Virus record (IMG/VR): IMGVR_UViG_3300007542_004333
Reading direction: 5' to 3' (one strand)
Source of the DNA: an uncultured virus (IMG/VR IMGVR_UViG_3300007542_004333)
Taxonomy: Duplodnaviria; Heunggongvirae; Uroviricota; Caudoviricetes
DNA length: 60,359 nucleotides
The position numbers and the translations under genes are program-made. Positions 1 to 9,367 of this stretch are shown here, piece after piece (position 1 is the first letter of the stretch; each line of letters opens with the position of its first letter). The notes under the pieces are model-generated. The model worked only from the letters and a program-made list of their open reading frames with translations. It was not told the origin of the DNA and did no database searches.

Positions 1-33
1 GGCTAGTAAATTTAATTCAAATCAGGTAAAGAA

Positions 34-378
34 ATGATAGAACTAATATTATTCGCCTTAATCGCCTACGGACTAACGCAGATTTTAGTTTATAGCGACA
101 TGCCTTTGTTAAAAAGATTGCGACCAGAAAAGCAATCATATAAAGGTTATGGAAAAGTATTTCATTGTCCTATGTGCATGGGTTTTCACGTTGGATGGAT
201 TTTAATGTTGCTTTCTCCAATGACGCAACTATTTAATTTTGAAGTTAGTTTAGTAAACGCACTTTTACTTGGCTCACTTTCCTCTGGAACATCTTATGCT
301 CTTAGCATGGTATTTGGTGATCAAGGAATTCAAATAGCGCAAAACATGAGGATTGGAAATGAAGATCACGAAGAGTAG
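34..378 (+). CDS. Membrane protein, DUF1360-like
   Basis: Hydrophobic segments around a CPMCMGFHVG motif. Confidence 0.55.
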   Translation: MIELILFALIAYGLTQILVYSDMPLLKRLRPEKQSYKGYGKVFHCPMCMGFHVGWILMLLSPMTQLFNFEVSLVNALLLGSLSSGTSYALSMVFGDQGIQIAQNMRIGNEDHEE

Positions 379-664
379 ATTAAAAGAAATTATTCTTGAA
401 GAGTTGGCAAACGATCAAACTGCTGATCCTACAAAGCTAGCTACTCAAACCGCCAGTGCTTCTCAAAGAAGAAAAGATGCTTTATCTAGAATTTCTGACA
501 CTGAAAAAGAATTAACTGGTCAAGAGACTGGACTTATTAATCAAATTGAAAAATATATCTCCGATTTAGCATCAAGGCCAGGGATTGATTTGTCCCAGCA
601 CAAAACTATGCTAGAAAGAATTCTTAAAATGTTAGAGCAAAATATTGGTTCTAAAGCCAAATAA
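359..664 (+). CDS. Hypothetical virion-associated protein with N-terminal MKITKSRLKEIILEE motif
   Basis: ORF in head module; ATG at 359 preferred over TTG at 353. Confidence 0.6.
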   Translation: MKITKSRLKEIILEELANDQTADPTKLATQTASASQRRKDALSRISDTEKELTGQETGLINQIEKYISDLASRPGIDLSQHKTMLERILKMLEQNIGSKAK

Positions 665-675
665 GGAGATGAACA

Positions 676-777
676 ATGAACGACATGATAATCAATAGAT
701 GGAAGCTACAACCTGTTCGTCGCTGCAAAAGCGGCTGTATATTCGTGCAGGGTGAGCCTGCTATTTTTAGGATTTAA
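676..777 (+). CDS. Small 33-aa ORF MNDMIINRWKLQPVRRCKSGCIFVQGEPAIFRI
   Basis: AAGGAG RBS at 663-668; fills the gap between genes; below the ORF-track cutoff. Confidence 0.5.
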   Translation: MNDMIINRWKLQPVRRCKSGCIFVQGEPAIFRI

Positions 778-779
778 TT

Positions 780-1385
780 ATGAGTCAGAAATTATTAAGA
801 GAATTTTATGCTCTTTGCGAGAGCGGAATATGCAAAGACCTTCTTACTGAAGAAGAAAAGCGATTTGTTGCTAATGGTGGTATGATCCTTAGTGGCAAAC
901 TACAAGAAGCAGATGTCCGCAATGGTAACGGTCGAGTTTACCCTTATCGTGTTCTCCAAAGAGAAATGAAGAACTACCAAAAACTTGTAAAAGAAAATAG
1001 AGCTTTAGGTGAATTAGACCACCCAGAAGATTCAGTTATTAATTTAAAGAACGCTTCTCACATGATTACAGAAGTCTGGTGGGATGGCAAAGCTGTTATG
1101 GGTAAAGCAAAAATTTTAGAAACTCCTTCTGGTAAAATTCTACGTTCTCTTGTGGAGTCTGGCGTTACTCTTGGTATTTCTTCAAGAGGCATGGGTTCAG
1201 TTAGAGAATCAAATGGTCAAACTATGGTTGAAGACGACTTCCAACTTATTTGTTTTGACTTTGTTTCTGAGCCTTCTACCCCTGGCGCTTTTATGATGAA
1301 AGAAGCCAAAGAACATAACATCAACGTATTTACAAAAGCAGATAAAATCAATCGCTTAATTAATCAGGTATTAGAAGATGAGTAG
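780..1385 (+). CDS. Prohead maturation protease (T4 gp21-like)
   Basis: NGNGRVY, ALGELDHP, GISSRGMGS and DFVSEPS motifs. Confidence 0.92.
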   Translation: MSQKLLREFYALCESGICKDLLTEEEKRFVANGGMILSGKLQEADVRNGNGRVYPYRVLQREMKNYQKLVKENRALGELDHPEDSVINLKNASHMITEVWWDGKAVMGKAKILETPSGKILRSLVESGVTLGISSRGMGSVRESNGQTMVEDDFQLICFDFVSEPSTPGAFMMKEAKEHNINVFTKADKINRLINQVLEDE

Positions 1386-3054
1386 TTGGTCAAGCTTTAA
1401 AAACGATAAAGTTATAGTGGATAAATGGCGTAGCTTTTTACAAGAGCGACAATATTCTCAAAAAGAGATAGATGATCTCAGTAATGTATTAGTTCCAGCT
1501 TTGCAAAATTACGCCGCCGCGCCACGAAAACAAAGAGAAAAAATGTTAAATCAAATCGATCAATACATCGAAATGCTTAAAAACAAAGGTGTCCCAGAGG
1601 AAGCTGTCGCAGCGGCTATTGAGGACGCCGAAGAAGAAGTGGAAGATCAACAAAAAGATGTATACATTTTCCGTGGGAAAAGAGGCAAAGGAATCCAATC
1701 ACAATTAGCCAAAGCTGGTATCGATAGCAAAACTTTAAATACAATCTTAAAAGCGTTGGCTACGGACTTGAAGAATGCTGGCTTCAATGTTTTGGAAGAA
1801 AAGAAATCTAGAAGAATTATTGATGCTCCAGAAACCATTAAAGCTTTATCTAATATACCAAAGGGACCAGATAGAGACAAGATTATAAGAGTTATTGTAA
1901 AACTCCTAAGAAACAATAAAATCAAATTAAATCCAGAATCTAGCAAAGCTTTGGGTGCGTCTTCTGCACAACAAGCACAAATAGCGTCAACAGCAGGAAC
2001 AGATACGCCGGAATCAGGAGGTCTGACGGATTATCAAAGAAATGTATTGGTTGATGAACTAATAAATGCTGAAAATAAAGAAAATTTCAAGAAAGTTTAC
2101 AAAGAACTATTAGGTAGTCGATTTGGAATTGGAAAAGAAGATATTGACAAAATTATAGAATGGTATAAAGAACCTAATGAAAGGGTAAAAGAATTTGTTT
2201 TAACCTACCTTAGCACTTTTGGAGCCGGCAACGAAAAAAGAGAACCAATAAAGAAAAAGTTTATAGAGTTGTTTGCTGGTAAAGATGTTTCTTCTGGTAG
2301 TCCAGAAGCGCCAGCAGAACCAACGGCTACATCGAGCCAATCAAGTTTCCCTGGACCACCGAGCAAACAATCTGACCCTGGAGCAGCACCTCCACGCCCA
2401 GACGACCAGCAAAATGGCGAGAAACCAGTTCAACAACCAGGAGCAGCAGACACCGACGCCCCGGATAGCGCAGATACCGACGCCACGGACGCCCCAGTAG
2501 GCGATACATCGGCACCAGTTCAAGAGCCAGAGCAACGGGAGCGTGAGCAGAGAAAATTCATGTACTCAGAAGAAAAGTTTACCGACGAGAATTTTAAAGC
2601 AGCATATGAATCATTCAAAAACAACGCTAAAGAAGAGGAAAAAAGTGAAGATACTTTTAAACAATACTTAGATAAGTTTGCCAACTTCTTAGGTAGATTT
2701 ATGGGAGATGAGCTTTTAAGTTCTCAGACGGCTCGACTTGTTAACGAGGCTTCTGTCAACAATCCCGGTAAGCAAATTTACGGCGATAAGAATACATCTC
2801 TTATTAACAGAAATTATGTTGTAAAAGCTAAATCTGTTAATAAGAAAGGAGGTCTAAAAGCAACTTTTGATAAGCTCAACTCACAAGATAAAAAAGCTGT
2901 GTACTATGCATACAGGGCTTTGTATGGCTCTGGGAAATTTGATAATTTTGCTATGGCGATTTATGAAAACCCTAATTACCAAGAACCAGAAGCAAAAACT
3001 CAACAAGAATCTGTAAGTTATGATAGGATGAAGATCCTAGCGGGTATAAAATGA
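1378..3054 (+). CDS. Putative internal head protein, 558 aa, with Pro/Ala/Asp linker
   Basis: Follows the protease; ends in RMKILAGIK, matching the scaffold C-terminus. Confidence 0.55.
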   Translation: MSSWSSFKNDKVIVDKWRSFLQERQYSQKEIDDLSNVLVPALQNYAAAPRKQREKMLNQIDQYIEMLKNKGVPEEAVAAAIEDAEEEVEDQQKDVYIFRGKRGKGIQSQLAKAGIDSKTLNTILKALATDLKNAGFNVLEEKKSRRIIDAPETIKALSNIPKGPDRDKIIRVIVKLLRNNKIKLNPESSKALGASSAQQAQIASTAGTDTPESGGLTDYQRNVLVDELINAENKENFKKVYKELLGSRFGIGKEDIDKIIEWYKEPNERVKEFVLTYLSTFGAGNEKREPIKKKFIELFAGKDVSSGSPEAPAEPTATSSQSSFPGPPSKQSDPGAAPPRPDDQQNGEKPVQQPGAADTDAPDSADTDATDAPVGDTSAPVQEPEQREREQRKFMYSEEKFTDENFKAAYESFKNNAKEEEKSEDTFKQYLDKFANFLGRFMGDELLSSQTARLVNEASVNNPGKQIYGDKNTSLINRNYVVKAKSVNKKGGLKATFDKLNSQDKKAVYYAYRALYGSGKFDNFAMAIYENPNYQEPEAKTQQESVSYDRMKILAGIK

Positions 3055-3470
3055 AAAAAAACGAATTAAAAAGTCTTATTAAGCCACTTGTAAAAGAGTG
3101 TATTCAAGAAGTCCTCATAGAAGAAGGGCTTTTATCTAATATTGTTTCAGAAGTCGCTAAAGGCATGCAAGGTAATCTTGTAGTTGAATCAAGATCCAAT
3201 GTTCAAAGAGAGCCTGAAAGAATTCAAATGAAACGACAAGCAGAACAAACAAAAGCAAAACTAACCGAGCATCGTCGCAAGTTAATGGATGCGATTGGAA
3301 AAGACGCTTATGGTGGTGTTGATTTGTTTGAAAATACAGAACCAATGACTAGTTACGAAGCAGCGGCACCAAAAGCAGGAGCAGTTGATTTAGGAGATCC
3401 TACGGACTCTGGCGTTGACATTAGCTCTCTTATGGGTGGCGCTTCAAAGATTTGGAAGGCAATGCAATGA
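3051..3470 (+). CDS. Hypothetical head-module protein
   Basis: Coupled ORF; N-terminus MKKNELKSLIKPLVKECIQEVL. Confidence 0.7.
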   Translation: MKKNELKSLIKPLVKECIQEVLIEEGLLSNIVSEVAKGMQGNLVVESRSNVQREPERIQMKRQAEQTKAKLTEHRRKLMDAIGKDAYGGVDLFENTEPMTSYEAAAPKAGAVDLGDPTDSGVDISSLMGGASKIWKAMQ

Positions 3471-3712
3471 AAAAACCAACTAATTTTGGTGTTGATATAA
3501 ATCAATGTAAAGGAAACGTTGAAAGAATGATTCGCAGATTTATCAAGAAAACAAAAAAAGAGCGAATCGTAGAACAAGTTAGAGAAAATTCTTATTACAC
3601 AAAGCCATCTGTTGCTAAAAGAGAAAAGCGACTTAGAGCACAAAGACGCCGCAGACGCGAAGAGCTAAAAAAACAAAGAATGACAGAAAAGCGCGCAAGA
3701 AACAATAACTAA
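3467..3712 (+). CDS. rpsU: Phage-encoded ribosomal protein bS21
   Basis: NVERMIRRFIKK...YYTKPSVAKREK pattern with Arg-rich tail; ATGA overlap with upstream stop. Confidence 0.85.
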   Translation: MKKPTNFGVDINQCKGNVERMIRRFIKKTKKERIVEQVRENSYYTKPSVAKREKRLRAQRRRRREELKKQRMTEKRARNNN

Positions 3713-3719
3713 CTACTTA
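3712..3719 (+). promoter_or_regulatory. Putative late promoter motif ACTA(T/C)TTA; other copies at 4655, 7607, 10787, 13782, 15545, 28286, 45818, 50783, 54679
   Basis: Same 8-mer lies 26-57 nt upstream of start codons, mostly of structural genes. Confidence 0.7.
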
Positions 3720-3741
3720 TTATTAATTGGAGAGATAAACT

Positions 3742-4125
3742 ATGGCTATATCATGGAAAACAGATGTTGGCTTAAACCACGTTGGCGCTTATCAAGTTTC
3801 AGGTCGTCCTTTTGTTACTGGTGGGGTTAATGCGGCTACAACTACAAAAGTTGAATTTCCAACAACCACTCGCTGGCTTTATGTGCTAAATCAATCAACC
3901 GATCCAGTACGAGTCGGCTTTTCGCAGAACGGTGTTGAAAACAACAACTTTTTTGAAGTTTCTGGTAACGGTGGAACATCTGCTGTTTTAGAACTTAAAA
4001 TAGGTGAGCTTTGGTTATCTGGTTCCAATAATGTTCAAGTTGTCGCTGGGTTAACCAACATTGATTCATCTAGAACATCTGGTTCTATTGGACCTAGCTG
4101 GTCAGGTTCTGTTGGAGTAGGCTAA
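3742..4125 (+). CDS. Virion structural/decoration protein
   Basis: G/S/T/N-rich beta-type sequence, late motif upstream, head module. Confidence 0.55.
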   Translation: MAISWKTDVGLNHVGAYQVSGRPFVTGGVNAATTTKVEFPTTTRWLYVLNQSTDPVRVGFSQNGVENNNFFEVSGNGGTSAVLELKIGELWLSGSNNVQVVAGLTNIDSSRTSGSIGPSWSGSVGVG

Positions 4126-4628
4126 TGGCTCAATTTGGTTGGGCATATGTAAGTTGCACTTCTTCTGCTGGGGGCGACGGAGCCGCATCAGGACCAGCTA
4201 ATTCTATTCAGTTTATGACCGCTTCTGGCGAAGGTGTTAGTAGCGGTTCATTAAACTTTTCTTTTTATACTGGCTCAGAAGCTGCCAATCCAGTTGCAGG
4301 ACATAACGTTGTTCTTTCTGGATCATTATTTGTTACTGGTGCTTACTATGCTGGCTACCGACCAATAACAACCACGCCTTTTACTGTTAATGACTCAGAT
4401 TACATTCTTGGAGCAACAGCAGCAGGAAACCTTGAAGTTACGTTACCAACTCCATCTGCAGCGATTACAGGAAGAATATTAGTTGTTAAAGATGAAAGTG
4501 CAGCAGCTAGATTTATAACAATCACAGGCTCAGGATTTAATATCGATAACGCTTCATCTTTTGTTATGTCTGGCTCTAATCCAGCCATAAACCTTTATTG
4601 TAACGGAACAGACTGGTTTATTTTCTAA
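4125..4628 (+). CDS. Virion structural protein (fibre/decoration-like)
   Basis: VTLPT...GRILVVKDE...CNGTDWFIF, typical of phage fibre C-terminal domains. Confidence 0.55.
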   Translation: MAQFGWAYVSCTSSAGGDGAASGPANSIQFMTASGEGVSSGSLNFSFYTGSEAANPVAGHNVVLSGSLFVTGAYYAGYRPITTTPFTVNDSDYILGATAAGNLEVTLPTPSAAITGRILVVKDESAAARFITITGSGFNIDNASSFVMSGSNPAINLYCNGTDWFIF

Positions 4629-4692
4629 TTTATTTGCTTTTATAAAAAAGTATTACTATTTAATTTTGAAACTTTATTTTTAGGAGAATTGT

Positions 4693-5715
4693 ATGTCAAG
4701 CTTACTAAAAGAAGCTATTATTGACGCAAAAGCACTTCGCGAAGCGGCATTAAAAAATGCCGAGGCATCAGTTATTGATAAATACTCTGATGAAGTTCGC
4801 AGTACATTAGAGCAATTGCTGGAACAAGACGAGCTTGGCTTGGGGGCAGAATTATCAGACACTGCAGCAGTTGCGCCTGCCGATGAAGCCCTTGAGGAAG
4901 AATTAGAAGACGTTCCTTACGCAGCCACTAGCGACCTAAGCGACATGCAGGGCTCAAACCTAACAAATATTCCAACTGAAGACGAAGAAGTTCAATTTAA
5001 TCTTGATCTTGGTGCTCTTCGCGAATCTGTTGAAGCTTTAAAAGCAGAACTTTCCGAAGAAGAGGAAATCAACATTGAAGAAGCTATAGAAGAAGAAAGC
5101 GAAGATTTATCTGAAGAAATTGAAATTGAAGAAGAACAAGAAGAACTTTCTGAAGAAGATTTAGTTGATTCTATCGTTGAAAAACTAATGGTTGATATGG
5201 GTGCCGACCTTTCAGGTTGGGCTGGTCGCTCCGCTAGCGACAAGAAATATCAAATGGAAAAAGAAATGGCTCATCGTCGTAGCACCGAACTACAACAAGA
5301 GTTAGAAGATCTTAAAAAGGCACAAGAAGAGCTTGTTTTTGAAAATAAACAACTTCAAGATCGCCTTCAAAACTACGAGCAAGCTACAAGCGAATTGAAA
5401 GAAACACTACAAAGCGTTAACCTTTCAAATGCTCGTTTATTATACACGAATCGTGCATTAAGAAGTACCTCCTTTAATGAGCGACAAAAGAATAAAATTG
5501 TCGAAGCTATTTCCCGCGCAGATTCTGTTTCAGAAGCAAAGACAATCTACGAAACACTTCAAAGCACAGTGGAGTCTGCTGGCGAACGTCACAGTCCAAA
5601 ATCACTAAGCGAAGCTATTCATCGTCCTTCTTCTGTTATCCGCGCTTCCCGTCAGGAAAGCACACAAACTGATGCGTTCGCAGAACGTATGCGTAGACTA
5701 GCAGGTATCAAATAA
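4693..5715 (+). CDS. Prohead core/scaffolding protein (gp22-like)
   Basis: Acidic coiled-coil directly upstream of the MCP; strong RBS and late motif. Confidence 0.8.
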   Translation: MSSLLKEAIIDAKALREAALKNAEASVIDKYSDEVRSTLEQLLEQDELGLGAELSDTAAVAPADEALEEELEDVPYAATSDLSDMQGSNLTNIPTEDEEVQFNLDLGALRESVEALKAELSEEEEINIEEAIEEESEDLSEEIEIEEEQEELSEEDLVDSIVEKLMVDMGADLSGWAGRSASDKKYQMEKEMAHRRSTELQQELEDLKKAQEELVFENKQLQDRLQNYEQATSELKETLQSVNLSNARLLYTNRALRSTSFNERQKNKIVEAISRADSVSEAKTIYETLQSTVESAGERHSPKSLSEAIHRPSSVIRASRQESTQTDAFAERMRRLAGIK

Positions 5716-5730
5716 AAGGAGGTATATCTT

Positions 5731-7542
5731 ATGTCTATTATCGAAAGATTGACCGAAGGTGTTGTCAATCGTGATATGCGCGCAGAATCTAACGCGCTAT
5801 TAAAGAAATGGGAGCGCACTGGACTCCTAGAGGGTCTAAACAACGACCGTAAACGCGCTTCTATGGCTCGTCTGCTTGAGAACCAAGCAAAGGAACTACT
5901 CCGTGAGTCTTCCAGCATGTCTGCTGGTGATGTTGAGGGCTTCGCTGCCGTCGCATTCCCAATTGTTCGCCGCGTTTTCGCTGGTCTAATCGCCAACGAT
6001 CTCGTTAGCGTTCAGCCAATGAGCCTACCATCTGGGCTTATTTTCTTCCTAGACTTCGTGTTCTCACCAAATCTAGGTGCTTCTGGCTCACAGACTAGTC
6101 GTCTTGGCAACATTGCTGATAAGTCCATTTACGGTACTGATCAGGTTGGCTCCCAGATCACTGGTGGCGTTGATCTTCTAAACAGCGCTAAGGTTGACTT
6201 TGGTGGTGCTCGTACAGTCGGTGCTCGTGGTTATGCTTACGCTTCACCAACCGGCAGTGTTGAGGTTGCCTTAAGCGGCTATGATCTACAGGCTTTCGAT
6301 CTGGATTCCGCTTCTGAGGCTCAGAAAAAGCTTCTACAGTTCGATCCAGACATTCTAGCTTTAAGTGGCTCAAGCACAGCTTACGCTGTTGCAGTTTTTG
6401 CTGTTGCTCAAGCTAGCTATACTGGCAACAACATCGATCTTGACAACACGGCTCCAATCGTGCTTAACGATGTCACCATTACTCAGCAGACAGGTATTGG
6501 CTCGTCCCTTACTTCTGCTGGTAACTTAGTTCGTCGCTTAACTCGTGTTGCTTCTGCCGCCGATGTCGCAACTGGCTTAGTTTCTGCCGATGAACTACTA
6601 TTCACGGTTGTTGCTCCTTCTGGCACGACAGCTGACGATATCAACACTGGCGCAGTTGCCGAGGCTGTTGGTCTTACTGCATCTTTTGCACTTCGCGACA
6701 ATCTAACCAGCGCTACCGCTCTTGGTGCTGTTGTCGGTGCATCAGAGTGGGGACTCGAAGGTTCTGAGCTAATCCCAGAGATCGACATCAAAGTTGATTC
6801 TATCGCTGTTACCGCTCAAACCAAGAAGCTAAAGGCTAAGTGGACACCAGAGCTTGGTCAGGATCTAAACGCTTATCACAACCTCGATGCAGAGGTTGAG
6901 CTAACCAGCATCCTATCCGAGCAGATTGCTCTAGAAATCGACCGTGAGATTCTAGCGGACCTCGTTAACGGTGCTACCGCTGGCACCTACTATTGGGCTC
7001 GCTCTCCAGGTCTATTCGTTAACCGCGAAACTGGTACTGAGATCGGCGCTTCTGCTGCCGCTCCAGACTTCACTGGTACTGTTAGCGAGTGGTACGAGAC
7101 TCTAGTCGAAACCATCAACGATGTTTCTGCACAGATTCACCGCAAGACTCTTAGAGGTGGCGCTAACTTCATCGTCGTCGGACCTGAAGTTGCTAACATT
7201 CTAGAGTTCACCGCTGGTTTCCGTGCTTCTGTTACCGCTGATGATGAGTCTGGTTCTGTTGGTGCAGTCAAGGTTGGCTCACTAAGCAAGAAGTTTGATG
7301 TCATTGTTGACCCATACTTCCTACGCAACGTGGTCCTCGTTGGTCGTAGAGGTAGCTCTTTCCTAGAAAGCGGTTACGTTTACGCTCCATACGTTCCACT
7401 ACAGACCACTCCAACCATCTTTGGTCCAGAGGACTTCGTGCCTCGCAAGGGGGTCATGACCCGTTATGCGAAGAAGATGGTCCGTCCAGACCTTTATGGT
7501 CTAGTCGTCATCCGTGGTCTTCTAGGCGAGTCTGGCTCCTAG
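5731..7542 (+). CDS. Major capsid protein (T4 gp23-like) with insertion domain
   Basis: LLENQ, VQPMSLPSGLIF, KLKAKWTPELGQDL, EIDREI, YAPYVPL and GVMTRYA motifs. Confidence 0.96.
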   Translation: MSIIERLTEGVVNRDMRAESNALLKKWERTGLLEGLNNDRKRASMARLLENQAKELLRESSSMSAGDVEGFAAVAFPIVRRVFAGLIANDLVSVQPMSLPSGLIFFLDFVFSPNLGASGSQTSRLGNIADKSIYGTDQVGSQITGGVDLLNSAKVDFGGARTVGARGYAYASPTGSVEVALSGYDLQAFDLDSASEAQKKLLQFDPDILALSGSSTAYAVAVFAVAQASYTGNNIDLDNTAPIVLNDVTITQQTGIGSSLTSAGNLVRRLTRVASAADVATGLVSADELLFTVVAPSGTTADDINTGAVAEAVGLTASFALRDNLTSATALGAVVGASEWGLEGSELIPEIDIKVDSIAVTAQTKKLKAKWTPELGQDLNAYHNLDAEVELTSILSEQIALEIDREILADLVNGATAGTYYWARSPGLFVNRETGTEIGASAAAPDFTGTVSEWYETLVETINDVSAQIHRKTLRGGANFIVVGPEVANILEFTAGFRASVTADDESGSVGAVKVGSLSKKFDVIVDPYFLRNVVLVGRRGSSFLESGYVYAPYVPLQTTPTIFGPEDFVPRKGVMTRYAKKMVRPDLYGLVVIRGLLGESGS

Positions 7543-7567
7543 AACCAATAAGCTATAAATGATAGCT

Positions 7568-7600
7568 AGCCCCTGGTGAAAGCCAGGGGCTTTTTATTTT
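7568..7600 (+). terminator. Rho-independent terminator after MCP
   Basis: AGCCCCTGG-TGAAAG-CCAGGGGCT followed by a T-run. Confidence 0.9.
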
Positions 7601-7640
7601 TCCATAACTACTTACTATAGTTTCGTTAAAGGAGTTAAAC

Positions 7641-7832
7641 ATGAATATTCGAAAAAAGAAACTACTACGCTCAAAAGCTGTTGAAGCTCCAGCGGCACCC
7701 GCTCCTGTTCCAGCGCCACAGCCAGTCGTGGAGCCTGTTGCAGAAGCTGCCCCTATCGAGCCACAACCTGCCCCAGAATCAGTTAAAAAAACTATCCGTA
7801 AAAGCACTCGCAGTAAAAAATCAGCAGAGTAA
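7641..7832 (+). CDS. Small Pro/Ala-rich protein with basic ends
   Basis: AAGGAG RBS; late motif at 7607. Confidence 0.6.
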   Translation: MNIRKKKLLRSKAVEAPAAPAPVPAPQPVVEPVAEAAPIEPQPAPESVKKTIRKSTRSKKSAE

Positions 7833-7852
7833 ATTAAAGGAAACTTCTACAA

Positions 7853-9133
7853 ATGCCAACAAACCTTAATCCATTATCACAGGTTAGCGCTTTAGTTTTA
7901 CCATCTACTGGTACTGCATCTGATGTTGCATCAGCAGTGCCTTATGGTATTTATACTGGTTCATCAGACTTTCTTAGTGGGGCAGCACTTCAAGTTAATT
8001 ATGTTTTCAAAAAACTTGGTGGTTCTGTTGTTGATATTGAATTAACTGCTGCTGATGTTTATACGGCATACGAAGAAGCTGTGCTTGAATATTCTTATAT
8101 TGTAAATCTTCATCAAGCACAGAACATTGTATCAAGTGTTCTTGGAGAACAAACAGGAACATTTGACCATAAAGGTGAATTAAAAGAAGGTCCATCTTCT
8201 GTAAACCTTCGTTATCCAAGATTTCAAATCGCACACGCTCGCGGAGTCGGTGATGTAATGTCAACGATTGCCGGCTTTGGCGGGACAACACCAATTTATT
8301 CAGCTTCTTTCAGTATAACAGAAGGTGTTCAAGACTACGATTTACAAACAATTATTGTTAGCGCTTCAGATTCTGGTGTTGACGATGCTGGAAATGCTGT
8401 GCCTTATTCTGGTGCAGTTGGAACGAATAGGGTTATTATTACTAAAGTTTTTTATAAGTCTCCTCGTGCTATGTGGCGTTTCTACGGTTATTATGGTGGC
8501 GTAGGCGTTGTTGGTAATTATTCAACTTACGGACAATTTGCTGATGATTCTACATTTGAGATTATCCCAACTTGGCAAAATAAACTTCAAGCAATCATGT
8601 ACGAAGATTCAATTTATACCAGAACCTCTCATTATTCTTATGAGCTAAGAGACAACAAATTAAGATTATTTCCTCAGCCAGATAAGTTTGGTTTTGGAGA
8701 TTCAGAATACAATCGTGTTTGGGTCAACTTTTATGTTGATAATGCAAACTCCTGGGATGTAAATGCAAATTATAATGATGGCGTAGACGGCATTAACAAC
8801 ATCAATACTCTTCCTTTTGATAATCTTCCATATGCAAACATCAACTCTATTGGCAAACAATGGATTCGTAAGTATGCTTTGGCGTTATGTAAAGAAATGC
8901 TTGGACAAGTACGAGGCAAATATACAACTATGCCAATCCCAGGCGAATCTGTTACACTAAACCATTCAGAGTTATTGTCGCAGGCAAAAGACGAACAGCA
9001 ACAATTAAAAGATAAATTAATGGAGATCCTCGATAAAGTCACATACAATGAACTTGCTAAACAAGATTCTGAAACCGCTGAAGCTGCTGCAAATACTTTC
9101 AAGCAATCTCCGCTACCAATCTTCGTAGGATAA
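7853..9133 (+). CDS. Neck/head-tail adaptor (gp13-like)
   Basis: KLGGSVVDIEL and WIRKYALALCKEMLGQVRGKY; position after MCP. Confidence 0.75.
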   Translation: MPTNLNPLSQVSALVLPSTGTASDVASAVPYGIYTGSSDFLSGAALQVNYVFKKLGGSVVDIELTAADVYTAYEEAVLEYSYIVNLHQAQNIVSSVLGEQTGTFDHKGELKEGPSSVNLRYPRFQIAHARGVGDVMSTIAGFGGTTPIYSASFSITEGVQDYDLQTIIVSASDSGVDDAGNAVPYSGAVGTNRVIITKVFYKSPRAMWRFYGYYGGVGVVGNYSTYGQFADDSTFEIIPTWQNKLQAIMYEDSIYTRTSHYSYELRDNKLRLFPQPDKFGFGDSEYNRVWVNFYVDNANSWDVNANYNDGVDGINNINTLPFDNLPYANINSIGKQWIRKYALALCKEMLGQVRGKYTTMPIPGESVTLNHSELLSQAKDEQQQLKDKLMEILDKVTYNELAKQDSETAEAAANTFKQSPLPIFVG

Positions 9134-9136
9134 ACT

Positions 9137-9367
9137 ATGAAACTATTATTAGAAAATTGGAAAGATTACATCAAAAATCCAGATGAAGAGCGCGCCTGTC
9201 TTACACCGGGTGCCATATATGATATGGATATTGGACCCAATGTTGTTGGAGTTAAAGTTCGTTTACCAATGAATATTGATATATCAGAAGAACAAGCAAT
9301 ACAATTGGAAAATGAAATGCACGATGCTCTTGAAGCAATCCTGTCAAAGTATTTTAGAGGCAATTAA
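9137..9367 (+). CDS. Small hypothetical protein with MKLLLENWKDYI N-terminus
   Basis: Coupled ORF between neck genes. Confidence 0.6.
   Translation: MKLLLENWKDYIKNPDEERACLTPGAIYDMDIGPNVVGVKVRLPMNIDISEEQAIQLENEMHDALEAILSKYFRGN

Noticed and set aside
2440..2550. GC-rich patch in the 558-aa gene as foreign DNA
   Set aside because: Explained by a Pro/Ala/Asp linker with a short tandem duplication (ADTDAPDS/ADTDATDA); no alternative-frame signal
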